The translations under genes were made by a program, and so were the position numbers. From an uncultured bacterium (GTDB lineage Bacteria > RBG-13-61-14 > CAYWKU01), in contig CAYWKU010000001.1 of NCBI GenBank assembly GCA_964459325.1, positions 158,040 through 222,039 on the forward strand: DNA of 64,000 nucleotides. The letters are read 5' to 3'. This document shows positions 26,928-39,501 of the stretch, piece by piece. Under the pieces are notes generated by a model that was given only the letters and a program-made list of their open reading frames with translations, ran no database searches and was not told the DNA's origin. Within the stretch, counting starts at the first letter, position 1, and each line of letters starts with the position of its first letter.

Positions 26928-28364
26928 TTAAGGTTTTTCTTCCCGCGCCTGCTGCTTTTTCTTCTTGATGAGGGCTTCGAAAGCCTGCGGAATCCGGGGC
27001 GCCAGTATGAGCAGGTCGGATATATCGGTGGGCGCATCCTGCCCGTCGCCGTTATCGCCGTAAAGAATGTTTACAACCTTGCCCTTGAAAAGGATGGGTA
27101 TAAGGAACGCGCTGCGAGGTTTTTCCCCGCCCGTCAGCTTTAGAAAACGTTCGTTGAGCGGCGTATTCGGTATCGAGCCCAGGTAAAAGGACATGGAATC
27201 GTGCACCGTCTGGAAAATGCCGGGCGAGTTCAGGGGAATCATTATCCCCTGTACCGTCCGGGTGTTAAGCGAGCCTCCCAGTCCGTCCCAGCCCATCGCT
27301 ATACCGCTGCGGGTAATAAACAGCGCCGCTCGCTTGAAGTAACTCAATGCGAACCGCAGCACCACGTTGCTCAACTCCTCCCGGTCGGTAACTTCGTTGA
27401 GCTTTTCCATCGTTTGTGACGGGGAGAGGGCTTCCTGCACTTTCCAGGCTTCCTCTTCCGCCTCCTCTTCAATCTCCTCATCGGAAGGGGCAACCAGCGG
27501 CTCGGAGACTATATCCTCCAAGTCGAGTATTTCCTCCTCCGCCTCGTGAGGAGCGGCTTCCGCTTTTTCAGTCTCTTGAGCCTCCTGCGGCGGAGGTGTA
27601 GCGGCTTTTTCATGAGATTCGGGTGGTGGAGGAGGTTGAGTATCGGGAGCCGGGGGCGGGTGGGCTGGCGCCTGAGGTTGTGCCGGGGTTTCTTGTGCGG
27701 GTGCTGAAGTGGATTCAGCAGCTTCTCCTTCGACCAGCCCCTGCGAGCGGTTGTATTCGTTGAGAAGCTTTTCAAAGTCTTCCTGTGAGGAAAGGTCTTC
27801 CTTGAGCTCGAAATCCAGTCCCTTTATGTCCGGATGCTCCTTCGGGGGCGGTTTTGACCCCTGCTTTTGTGGGGAAGCGCCGGAAGGTTTACGCTTCAAT
27901 ACTTTTGAGGCCAGGTGCTTGTACCGGTGGTCCCGGGGGATGCCGTAGTATTTCTCCCGCAGGGTCTGCACTACTATCTCGGGAGATACGTAAGGCTTGA
28001 TGCGCTTGCCGGTGGCGAATTGTATCTCGTCGAAAGCGTTCACGTCGGCGGGGTCGCTCATGAGCAGACTGATGGAATTGCCGTCCAGCGCCAGGGGCAC
28101 TACTTCGTGTTTGGCCGCCAGTTTCCTTCCGAGCAGCTTGACCACTTCCGGTTGCGGGGGCCTGAGGCGGAACGGGTTGATAGTGGGGCAGTTATGCTTT
28201 TTGGAAAGCGCCTTGCTCAACAGGCCCAGGCTGACGTATCCCAGCTCCAGGAGATTAGTCCCCAGTCTGCCCCCGAAAATAACCTGGTTCTGAACCGCTT
28301 CCTCGAGCTGAGCGGACTTCACCACTCCCGCGGAAAGGAGCATTTTGCCCAGGGTAGCTTTCAT
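26928..28364 (-). CDS. T2SS-E N-terminal (MshEN/GspE_N) domain protein with an acidic, Pro-rich linker and a C-terminal uncharacterised domain
   Basis: LLSAGVVKSAQLEEAVQNQ...LGYVSLGLLSKAL and LPLALDGNSISLLMSDPADVNAFDEIQFATG match GspE_N. Roughly 150 aa of low complexity. Confidence 0.6.
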   Translation of the reverse strand: MKATLGKMLLSAGVVKSAQLEEAVQNQVIFGGRLGTNLLELGYVSLGLLSKALSKKHNCPTINPFRLRPPQPEVVKLLGRKLAAKHEVVPLALDGNSISLLMSDPADVNAFDEIQFATGKRIKPYVSPEIVVQTLREKYYGIPRDHRYKHLASKVLKRKPSGASPQKQGSKPPPKEHPDIKGLDFELKEDLSSQEDFEKLLNEYNRSQGLVEGEAAESTSAPAQETPAQPQAPAHPPPAPDTQPPPPPESHEKAATPPPQEAQETEKAEAAPHEAEEEILDLEDIVSEPLVAPSDEEIEEEAEEEAWKVQEALSPSQTMEKLNEVTDREELSNVVLRFALSYFKRAALFITRSGIAMGWDGLGGSLNTRTVQGIMIPLNSPGIFQTVHDSMSFYLGSIPNTPLNERFLKLTGGEKPRSAFLIPILFKGKVVNILYGDNGDGQDAPTDISDLLILAPRIPQAFEALIKKKKQQAREEKP

Positions 28365-28948
28365 TTTTTCTTCTTGAGGTCTTGTTTGGCTTTCTCGATT
28401 CCTTCATTCACAGCGTCCAGCGGCACGCCGGAGCGCATAGCTTCCCTGTCGATGCCGTCCTCCAAATATTTCCGGGCCTTTTCCAATTCGGACTTGAATC
28501 CCTGCAATTTGTTAAAACACTCTGCGGAGGCTTGCTGGTTTTTGATAGTGGGCATAAGAAGCGATTGCCTCCTCAACTCGTTGCATTTCGGCTCCAGGTC
28601 GGCAATCCGGTTCTCGAGGTCCTGCACCCTCATGTAAGCGCTGTAAGCTTTTTCTTTCCATTCGGTGTAGGTTTTGCTTTTTTGAGGCTTTTGTTCATGA
28701 GGTGGAGGCGGAGGCGTTGCCGCTGCGCCGCCTTCGCCTGTAGCGGTGTCACTTTTGCCCTTTATTACCACTTTTTGAGCCTTGTCTTTGTACTTTGACG
28801 GTACCTGGTTCTTGTATTCCACGTAGTGTATGTTCCCTTTTTCATCCACCCATTTCCAGAGCACCGTTTCGGCCAGCGCCGAGGTGGACAGCACGAGGAA
28901 TACCGCCGCCAGGAATGATATTAATAGAAAACCTGCTTTTCTGTTCAT
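28361..28948 (-). CDS. DUF4124 domain periplasmic protein
   Basis: Signal peptide plus WKWVDEKGNIHY signature and a coiled-coil C-terminus; 4-bp overlap. Confidence 0.6.
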   Translation of the reverse strand: MNRKAGFLLISFLAAVFLVLSTSALAETVLWKWVDEKGNIHYVEYKNQVPSKYKDKAQKVVIKGKSDTATGEGGAAATPPPPPHEQKPQKSKTYTEWKEKAYSAYMRVQDLENRIADLEPKCNELRRQSLLMPTIKNQQASAECFNKLQGFKSELEKARKYLEDGIDREAMRSGVPLDAVNEGIEKAKQDLKKKK

Positions 28949-29092
28949 CGCAATTTCCCCCGCGTCTTGAAATCTCGGATTCTCACGCCTGATGGTAGAT
29001 GTTAGAGGCCAAAAAGCAACCGCGATTTTCGTGTGTTCTTACCTCTGAAGTGGCGGTATTTCCGGAGCGAGCCCTCAGCGCGGCCTCTCGGT

Positions 29093-30259
29093 TCATTTCA
29101 ATTCGCCCGTCGGAGGTCTCATCCTGAATTTCTGCAGTATTTCATGGAACTTGCGCAAATCCAGGGGCCGTTGTCGGCTGAAAAAAAGGTGGCGGGGGCA
29201 TTTGCAATCCGAGGAGCCGAAACCCTCCGGTCCACGGACAAAAGCCTCGGCCAATTCCGACGCGATATTGCATTCCAGCCGCGAAGATGACCGGAGCGGC
29301 AGGGCGGTAACCTCGTCGGATACCGCCCGCAGGGGGTCTATGTGCCAGTGCATGCGTTTGCGAATTCGCACGTGCCTGTTGATGCGGGCGTCGAGGTTTT
29401 TTATGGCCGAGCCGACGTATATGTGCCATCCCTTCTCGAAAGTCACCTTACCGAGGCTCCCGACCTCGATGCTGCGATTTCTTTTGAGGTGTAGCAACAA
29501 AATATATGCTCCGCCGTCGCGGGCTTCGCGGTCAATGTGTTCCCAGGGTATTTTTACCCTTTTTACGTTGGGCTTCAGTTTGAGCGACTGCGTCCACTCC
29601 ACCGATACCGGAAGCGCTCTCACCCTGTGTCGCACGTCCAGCAGCTTTCGGCTGAAAGCGAGGTCGGTGTGAAAGTCCGGCATGAACCATTTTATCCCGG
29701 CGTGGTGAATAACGAACATTACGGCCACTTCAGTACCCTTTTGGGATAATGCCTCCAGCTCAACGAGATGTCGTTTTCCGCGCTCGGTAACCGCGTCGGG
29801 AAACATTGCAACGCCGTTCCCGAACAGGGTGCAGGATTTTACCTCAAGGTACATTTCCTTACCCGCTCTTTCCAACAGGAAGTCGAACCTGCTGCGACCA
29901 TGAGGTATTTCGGCCCTTATAATCCGGGCGCCTTCCATTCCCGGCGCCAGTCCGAGCTCTATAAGTCGCCCGGCGACCCGATTGGTGTAATGAGTGTGCA
30001 GAAAAACGGGCCTGCCGTCGCGCTCGACGGCCATGGCGGTGTAATCGGTGGAGGCGCTTCTTTTGCGGTTGGGCGCCAGATAGAGCTTAGCATCCGGCAA
30101 AAGCAGCTCATGCAGCCGGCCCGGATTGGGTAGGAAAGCCTTTACTTCGCGGCCTTTTCCAAGGGAGGCGTGTACGAGAAAGCGGTTGGGTCTTCTCACA
30201 AACCCGGCGGTAATAATCCGGCCCCAGTCGCCTATGGTCAGCGCTTCTTTATCGGACAA
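29093..30259 (-). CDS. sfsA: SfsA nuclease fused to a C-terminal DUF123 (GIY-YIG-like) domain
   Basis: About 240 aa of SfsA-like sequence, then GAYILLLHL...WHIYVGSA...MHWHIDPL typical of DUF123. Confidence 0.6.
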   Translation of the reverse strand: MSDKEALTIGDWGRIITAGFVRRPNRFLVHASLGKGREVKAFLPNPGRLHELLLPDAKLYLAPNRKRSASTDYTAMAVERDGRPVFLHTHYTNRVAGRLIELGLAPGMEGARIIRAEIPHGRSRFDFLLERAGKEMYLEVKSCTLFGNGVAMFPDAVTERGKRHLVELEALSQKGTEVAVMFVIHHAGIKWFMPDFHTDLAFSRKLLDVRHRVRALPVSVEWTQSLKLKPNVKRVKIPWEHIDREARDGGAYILLLHLKRNRSIEVGSLGKVTFEKGWHIYVGSAIKNLDARINRHVRIRKRMHWHIDPLRAVSDEVTALPLRSSSRLECNIASELAEAFVRGPEGFGSSDCKCPRHLFFSRQRPLDLRKFHEILQKFRMRPPTGELK

Positions 30260-30484
30260 GGTAATGGTAATTGTACATTTTTATGGTTGTTAATGAAACC
30301 GGTGGAGTGTTAATCTGCCGCGGTAAAATGTCTGTCAGGTGGAACGCGCGGCAGGAGTGCCGCGCCTACCATATCAGCAATGGTGGTATCGACATTCCTG
30401 TCGGGCAGGGTGACTTTGATATACACCACCCCTTGAATTATAATCACTATAGGATTAACCTTTCGGCTTTGTGGTCGACACACC

Positions 30485-30558
30485 GGGTGGTTAGCTCAGC
30501 CAGGTAGAGCATCGGACTTTTAATCCGAGGGCCGAGGGTTCGAATCCCTCACCACCCA
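30485..30558 (+). tRNA. tRNA-Lys: tRNA-Lys (anticodon UUU)
   Basis: Cloverleaf with acceptor stem GGGTGGT/ACCACCC, D-arm TAGCTCAGCCAGGTAGAGCA, anticodon loop CTTTTAA and T-arm GGTTCGAATCC. Confidence 0.85.
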
Positions 30559-30645
30559 TCTTTTGAAAAAAAGAAAAGCTTGTTTCACGCCTTGACCTCT
30601 CCCGGCGACGGTGTAACGCAGAGCCCGGATTTTTTCAAGAGGATT

Positions 30646-33561
<2,916 letters not shown>

Positions 33562-33562
<1 letters not shown>

Positions 33563-34701
33563 TATTGACCTCCCGTAAATACCTCGAGCGCTGCTTTCAT
33601 GCCGGCTCCGAGCTCGAACGAATGACCGAACTCGCTCAGGGTTTTTTCCAGCGCGGCGATGGTCATCATTATATTCCAGGAATCGGTGTAACCCATGTGG
33701 GATATACGGAAGATTTTACCCTTGGCCTGAGCCTGCCCGCCGGCGATTGCTATACCCCGCACGTCCCTCATGGTGGAGACTATTTTCTGCCCGTCCATGG
33801 AGCCGCTCTTGACCGCCGTTAATGCGTTCGATGGCGATTCGGGCGCGTAAAGCTCCAGCCCCAGCGCTTTCATGGCCGCGCGGGTTGCGCGGGCGAGCCG
33901 GTCGTGACGGGCGTACATGTTATCGAATCCCTCTTCCTTCATGATTGCCAGCGCTTCCTTCAACCCGATAACCAGGCTTACCGGGGAAGTGTAGGCGCTG
34001 GAGTTGTCCTTAATCTTTTTTACTTCCTTTTTGCAGTCGAAGTAGAACTTGGGGCACTTGCTCTCTTCGGCCATCTTGAGCGCTCTCTCGCTCAGGGCCA
34101 GCATTCCCAGGCCGGGCGGTAGCATGAGGGCCTTCTGGCTGCCGGTAAGCAGCCCGTCTATGCCCCATTCGTCCATGGGAATTTCGAACACGCCCACGCC
34201 GGTAATGCCGTCCACGACGATGGCGGCGTCGTGCTTGTGTGACACTTCCACCAGCTCCTTGACCGGATGCATTACTCCGGTGGAGGTTTCGGTGGCCTGA
34301 GTGTAAACGGCCTTGATGTTCTTTTCTTTGGACAGCACGGAGTCAATCTCTCCGGGGTCCGCCGCTTTGCCCCATTCCACGTCCACGTTAATCGGTTCGA
34401 TACCGTAAGCTTCGCAGATTTCGGCCCATCTTTCTCCGAATTTTCCGCTCCTTATGCACAGCGCCCGGTCGCCGGGGCTGAGCAGGTTGGACACGGAGGC
34501 TTCCATAGCTCCTGTGCCGGTCGAGGCGAAAACCAAAACTTCCTGTTGTGTCTTGAAAAGTTCCTTAAGCCCCGCTCTCACTTCTTCTAGAATCTTTGCG
34601 TATGCGGGGGTTCGATGGTGGATGATAGGCCGGGCCATGGCCAGTTGAACCCGCTCGGGGACCATCGTGGGGCCCGGTGTCATCAGGTAATTTTTTAACA
34701 T
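33562..34701 (-). CDS. class V aminotransferase (phosphoserine / serine-pyruvate aminotransferase-like)
   Basis: Class V fold with PLP-lysine context; adjacent to serA. Confidence 0.7.
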
Positions 34702-34994
34702 TCTTGCCTCCTAAAGCCTCTTTGGGCGCCACTCGAAGGGCACCCTGACAATTTCACAGCAAAACATTTTAATTTTTAATTACGAGTGCGTGAATTGTCA
34801 AGTTGCTGAATTTCACAACAGCGAGGAAAAGCTTTTCTGAATATTTGTTCAGACACGACAAAATCACCGTTTAACCTTACCGTCAAGTTATTTTAGCCGA
34901 TTGATAAAAAATTGCCAGTAAAGTCGGGTTGAACGGAAACTTATCATGTCCGCCGCTGGCGTAAGTTATGAGGGTATAGTATCTTTCGCTTTCG

Positions 34995-36089
34995 ATGTCA
35001 GGGGAAGTGTACAAAAGCGGCAAGTTCTGGCTCGGTATAATCATAAGCGGCGTATTTTTGTACATCGCTTTCCGGGGCATAGATTTCGGGAGGCTGGTTG
35101 AAGTCATCTCGAAGGTCAATCTTTTCTGGGTACTCGCGGGGCTTTTACTGTACCTCATTCACCTGTCGGTCAGGGCATACAGGTGGCGCTACATTTTCCG
35201 GCATGTCAAAAAGGTATCTTTCAGCGGAATGTATCAGGCCACGCTTGTGGGCTATTTTGCCAATAACGTTCTACCCATGCGGCTGGGGGAATTCGGCAGG
35301 GCGGTTTACGTGGGCGAGAAGGAGGGGGTGGATAAGTCCACCGCTCTGGGGACTATCGCCGTGGAGCGGCTTTTCGACGGACTGTCGGCGGTAGGTTTGC
35401 TGGGGGTGACATTTCTGTTGTTTGAATTTCCCCCGGAGCTTGTGGGTAAATGGAGCGGCTACTTTCGCCAGGCGGGAATGGCACTGGGCGGTGTGGGAGT
35501 GTTCGGCCTGCTGGTGATGATTATCATGGTCAGGCGCCGGGAATGGAGCCTGCGCACCCTCGATAAAATACTAGCCTTCCTTCCGGGAAAAATTCGCGAA
35601 AAAATAGGCGGGTTGGCGCATTCGTTCATAGACGGCCTGACTATTCTCTCCAGCCCTCTCGAAGTACTGGTTCTACTGGGATTTTCAGCCGTGGTATGGC
35701 TGACCAATCTATGGCCCGTATGGGCCAGCGGCATGGCGTTCGGAGCGGAGGGGATGCAGTTCACGTTTTCGGACCAGCTTCTTCTGATGAGCGCCGGGGC
35801 GGTGGCGGCTTCCATACCGGCGTCTCCGGGGTTCGTGGGAACTTTCCATTACGCCACAAAGAAGGCGGTGGAAATAGTGCTCATGGTGAAGTTCGCTGAA
35901 GGCGGCTTGGCGGCTACCGGAATCAAGCAAAGCCTCTTTGGCGAATGGGGCCTGAGCTACGCCATACTCATGCACGCGCTATACATAATCACCACCACCA
36001 CCCTCGGCGCGATAATCCTTTCGTGGAGCGGAGTCAAGTTCGGGCGGCTGCAAAAGGAGGCCGCTGAAACCAAAACGGAAGAAGTATAA
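34995..36089 (+). CDS. flippase-like (LPG synthase TM / UPF0104) membrane protein
   Basis: GIDFGRL...RAYRWRYIF...LPMRLGEF motifs; multi-TM. Confidence 0.65.
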   Translation: MSGEVYKSGKFWLGIIISGVFLYIAFRGIDFGRLVEVISKVNLFWVLAGLLLYLIHLSVRAYRWRYIFRHVKKVSFSGMYQATLVGYFANNVLPMRLGEFGRAVYVGEKEGVDKSTALGTIAVERLFDGLSAVGLLGVTFLLFEFPPELVGKWSGYFRQAGMALGGVGVFGLLVMIIMVRRREWSLRTLDKILAFLPGKIREKIGGLAHSFIDGLTILSSPLEVLVLLGFSAVVWLTNLWPVWASGMAFGAEGMQFTFSDQLLLMSAGAVAASIPASPGFVGTFHYATKKAVEIVLMVKFAEGGLAATGIKQSLFGEWGLSYAILMHALYIITTTTLGAIILSWSGVKFGRLQKEAAETKTEEV

Positions 36090-36199
36090 TGTGGCAGGCC
36101 CGGCACCCCTGCCGGGCAAGTAAATCGATGCGCGACGAGAGTGCGCACCTGCCATTTGATTGGTCATTTTGGGACAACAATCCTTAAGGAGGTTTCACA

Positions 36200-37222
36200 A
36201 TGAGCCCGAAATTAAAACCCGGTGATGATGTTCTGGAGTTTCACCGCGAGTGCCTGGTGGCGGACCTTCACGCCGATACGTGGCTGTGGAATTACATATT
36301 CGGTTACAACATCCGCAAAAGGCATCGCTCGTACCTGCCCCGGAATCCATTTTTCAACCACATAGATATTCCCCGGGCCATAGAAGGCGGGCTGAACCTG
36401 ACGGGGCAAGGGGTGGTGGTTCATCCGCGCCGCCCTCACAAGTGCTTTGCCCGGGGCAGCGCCATGATAAACCGAATACTCAAGGGGATTACCCGCAATT
36501 CCGGCAAGCTGGAGCTGGTGCTAACCGAGTGGGAGGCGCGGGATGCCGTAAAGCGGGGTAAAATCGGAGTTTTTATAGGCATAGAAGGCGCTCATATACT
36601 TTCCGGAAAAATGGAGGCGGTGGAGCATTTCCGGGCGAAAGGGGCAAGTTACTTCACATTGGGCCATTTCAGCGAAAATGAAGCAGTCTACAGCTCAAAC
36701 GACACCGCCAACGCCGATAAGCCCCTGAAACCTTTCGGAAAAGAACTGGTAAGGGAGCTGGAAAGAAACCGGATGATGGTGGACATCGCTCACGTGGCGC
36801 CCGGTTGTTTCCGGGATGTTATGAAACTCGTAACCCGGCCCGTAATCGCCAGCCATATCGGTATGAAGGCGGTTCATAATCACTGGAGAAACCTTGACAA
36901 CGAGCAGGTGAAGGCTGTGGCCGAAAGCGGCGGGGTGATAGGCATCATCTTCCAGCCGGCTTTTCTTACCAATCGCCTGTGGAAATGTTCCCTGGATACC
37001 GTGGTGGCGCATATAGAGCATTGCATGGAAGTGGCGGGTGAAGACCACGTGGCCCTGGGCAGCGATTTCGACGGCGCCATAACCACCCCGGAAGGCCTGG
37101 AGGACATAACCGGTCTCCCGAACCTGACTCAGCGACTTATCGACAGGGGACACTCCCGGGAGACTCTGAAGAAACTGTTAGGCGAAAATTTCCTGAGAGT
37201 TTTCGGGGAAGTTTGCGGTTGA
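36200..37222 (+). CDS. membrane dipeptidase (peptidase M19)
   Basis: HADTWLWN, GIEGAHIL and LGSDFDG motifs. Confidence 0.75.
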   Translation: MSPKLKPGDDVLEFHRECLVADLHADTWLWNYIFGYNIRKRHRSYLPRNPFFNHIDIPRAIEGGLNLTGQGVVVHPRRPHKCFARGSAMINRILKGITRNSGKLELVLTEWEARDAVKRGKIGVFIGIEGAHILSGKMEAVEHFRAKGASYFTLGHFSENEAVYSSNDTANADKPLKPFGKELVRELERNRMMVDIAHVAPGCFRDVMKLVTRPVIASHIGMKAVHNHWRNLDNEQVKAVAESGGVIGIIFQPAFLTNRLWKCSLDTVVAHIEHCMEVAGEDHVALGSDFDGAITTPEGLEDITGLPNLTQRLIDRGHSRETLKKLLGENFLRVFGEVCG

Positions 37223-37225
37223 CGG

Positions 37226-39496
37226 TCAGCGCAGCACCGTTGCGGCGCCCGTAGGAATTGTTCGCCATACCCACTTCAAATCCTCCGGGGGCAACTCGAT
37301 GGCCACGTAGTCTATGGCTTTATCCGGCACGAGTGGACTGTGGCGGCCGTGAATCACAAGACCGCCGCCCAGGTAAAGCGCATATTGGCCGATGAGTCCG
37401 TTCTGAACCCTGTCGGCGCCCAGAGGGCCGGGTGCCTCTTTATCCTGCTCGCGATACATCCAGTCCGGTTTGTACCAGGGCGGATTGGTCATCCGCTTTT
37501 TAACCAGCAAAGTGCCCCGGGGCATTTTAAATTTCTCCGCGGCCTCCGGGTACGATTTCGAAAAGCAAGGCCCCACAAGCTTTACATCAAGAGCTCTTAC
37601 AACCTTGTCGCCTCTCTTAATCCAACCTCTTTCGTTCTCCAGGTCGAGAACCAGGTGTTCGGCCCCGAGAGCGGCGGACCTTTTGCGCAGCATAAGGAAC
37701 GACTTCAGGGTCATGAGATTTTTCTTTTTGGGGTTCGGCGCGTTATTGCCGGGGAAGTATGCGCCGCCTTTGAACAGATAAACCCGGGCGCCTTTGGATG
37801 TGTGCCTGTGAAGGGTGTTCATGTCTTTCGCCGACACCCTTATACTTCCCGGCAAGGCCGTTTTTCCGGCCAAATCCGGCGGATGAATACGTATGCCCGC
37901 TCCCAAATCCAGCGTGTTTTCGGTAGCTTCTCCCTTCAGGAAGTTTTTACGCAACTCTCCGAAGGGCTCGGATAGGGACGAACCCAGAAACGCCCATTCC
38001 GGGGGGAACCACGCGGGGGAAACCTTTTTGTCCCTGATTTCAAGGATGCCGCTGGGAACGGAGTAGATAGCATCGAGCCCCTCGGGGCATGAAGGAGCCG
38101 GTTTTCCCTTTTTAATCGTTATTCTTTTCAGTATTATTTTGCCCCGGTTGAGCATCATCGATTCGTTGGCCACGTCCGCCGCGATGTATAAATCGTCGGA
38201 AGTCAACGGTTTCGACACGGCGGCGATGCGGCTCCATCGCTGCTCCAGGCTCAAAACTTCCCGCTCCAGGCTTCTTATTTGATTTTTGAGACCTTCCAGG
38301 CTCGAGAATTCGGTTGTCGGGGAGGCTATCGAGGAATAAGTATGGCCATCCTCTCTCCCGGATGAAAGGCGCGGAATTCCTCTCGATGCGTAAACCTGTT
38401 TCCGTGGCGGGATTATCACCTCGTTGCGCGGCAATTGCAGGAATGCGGATATGTTGCCGATTGCATTGCCGTAGCGGTCTCGCATCCACCGGGCGGGACT
38501 ACCCCTTACGTCCATGTGAATGAACGGGCCGTGCACGGAATTTTGAGGGTATGCGCCGAGCCCTCCCTGAAGGCCGTCATCGAATAAGCCGCTGTTTTTC
38601 ATGTGGTCTATAAGCTTGTATAGCAGCAGCGCATCCCGGAGTTCCTCTTTGCCGTCCCCGTCGAGGTCGTCCATCCAGTTGGGGCTTCCGGTATCGTCCA
38701 CGTACATATCCAGGGCGCATCCGTACTGGTGGCGGCTGAACTCCGCCTGCCCGGCGCCGGTGTTCCGGGCGGGAGGACGGAACGCGCTCAAGAACTTGAG
38801 CCGGGTTTTCATCAGGCCCCTGGCCTTGAGCTCCCTGGTTACGATTTCCAGCTTGAGCGCCAGTTTTTCGTTTACTATAGTGTACTTGGGCCAGCCGGAA
38901 TAGCCGTGTGGCAGAAAATCGCCCAGCCTGTAATTTTCGGTGATGTGGACGTTTTTGTCCTTGCGCGTCACCTTCATGAAGCCCTCCGGGTACTGGTAAT
39001 GAGGGCTGTTGTTCATGGCGGCCGGGTCGGGGTAGGGGCCTATGTAAAAGCCGTTGAGCCTGTAATTTTCCATGCTTTCAAAAGGTTCCAGCACGAATAC
39101 CTGTATCGTGGCTTCATATTTTTTATCATTGTGATATGCTATAACTTCGACAGGGTATCTTCCGGGTTTCCGGGGAGGCGTATACAATCTCTTAAGCCTC
39201 TTAAGCCCCGACCCTGAAAGATGGCCGGAATCGACCGACCAGCGGAGGTTGGTTACCCGGACGTAAGGCGTTATTTTTATCGGAAGAGCTTCGTCGGGTA
39301 ATACCCTGGCAAAGAAAGTATTGGAGGCTACGGTAATGTCCGCTGTTTTTAGGGTACACCAGGAGTTTGCCGGAACCGGGTCGGCGGCGCGGGAGGTAAG
39401 AGCCATGAAAATAAATAGAAATACCACCCCTCCCGCGTATGTGATGCGCGATTTTGACATTACACTTCCCTTAGTATTTCCTAATAAGGATAGCAA
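37226..39496 (-). CDS. secreted peptidoglycan peptidase: M15/DUF882-like domain plus a C-terminal YkuD (L,D-transpeptidase)-like domain lacking the canonical Cys
   Basis: RHQYGCALDM and VHGPFIHMDVRG are DUF882-like. The C-terminal GPLG...LVIHG...IPTGAATVL is YkuD-like, but the SHGC position reads DYVAIEL. Confidence 0.55.
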   Translation of the reverse strand: MLSLLGNTKGSVMSKSRITYAGGVVFLFIFMALTSRAADPVPANSWCTLKTADITVASNTFFARVLPDEALPIKITPYVRVTNLRWSVDSGHLSGSGLKRLKRLYTPPRKPGRYPVEVIAYHNDKKYEATIQVFVLEPFESMENYRLNGFYIGPYPDPAAMNNSPHYQYPEGFMKVTRKDKNVHITENYRLGDFLPHGYSGWPKYTIVNEKLALKLEIVTRELKARGLMKTRLKFLSAFRPPARNTGAGQAEFSRHQYGCALDMYVDDTGSPNWMDDLDGDGKEELRDALLLYKLIDHMKNSGLFDDGLQGGLGAYPQNSVHGPFIHMDVRGSPARWMRDRYGNAIGNISAFLQLPRNEVIIPPRKQVYASRGIPRLSSGREDGHTYSSIASPTTEFSSLEGLKNQIRSLEREVLSLEQRWSRIAAVSKPLTSDDLYIAADVANESMMLNRGKIILKRITIKKGKPAPSCPEGLDAIYSVPSGILEIRDKKVSPAWFPPEWAFLGSSLSEPFGELRKNFLKGEATENTLDLGAGIRIHPPDLAGKTALPGSIRVSAKDMNTLHRHTSKGARVYLFKGGAYFPGNNAPNPKKKNLMTLKSFLMLRKRSAALGAEHLVLDLENERGWIKRGDKVVRALDVKLVGPCFSKSYPEAAEKFKMPRGTLLVKKRMTNPPWYKPDWMYREQDKEAPGPLGADRVQNGLIGQYALYLGGGLVIHGRHSPLVPDKAIDYVAIELPPEDLKWVWRTIPTGAATVLR

Positions 39497-39501
39497 TTTC
39501 T

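Noticed and set aside
30435-30455. T7-like promoter core (AATCACTATAGG) upstream of tRNA-Lys
   Set aside because: A 10/10 match to TCACTATAGG is most likely a coincidence. The region also reads as a sigma-70-like TTGAAT/TATAAT pair driving the tRNA.
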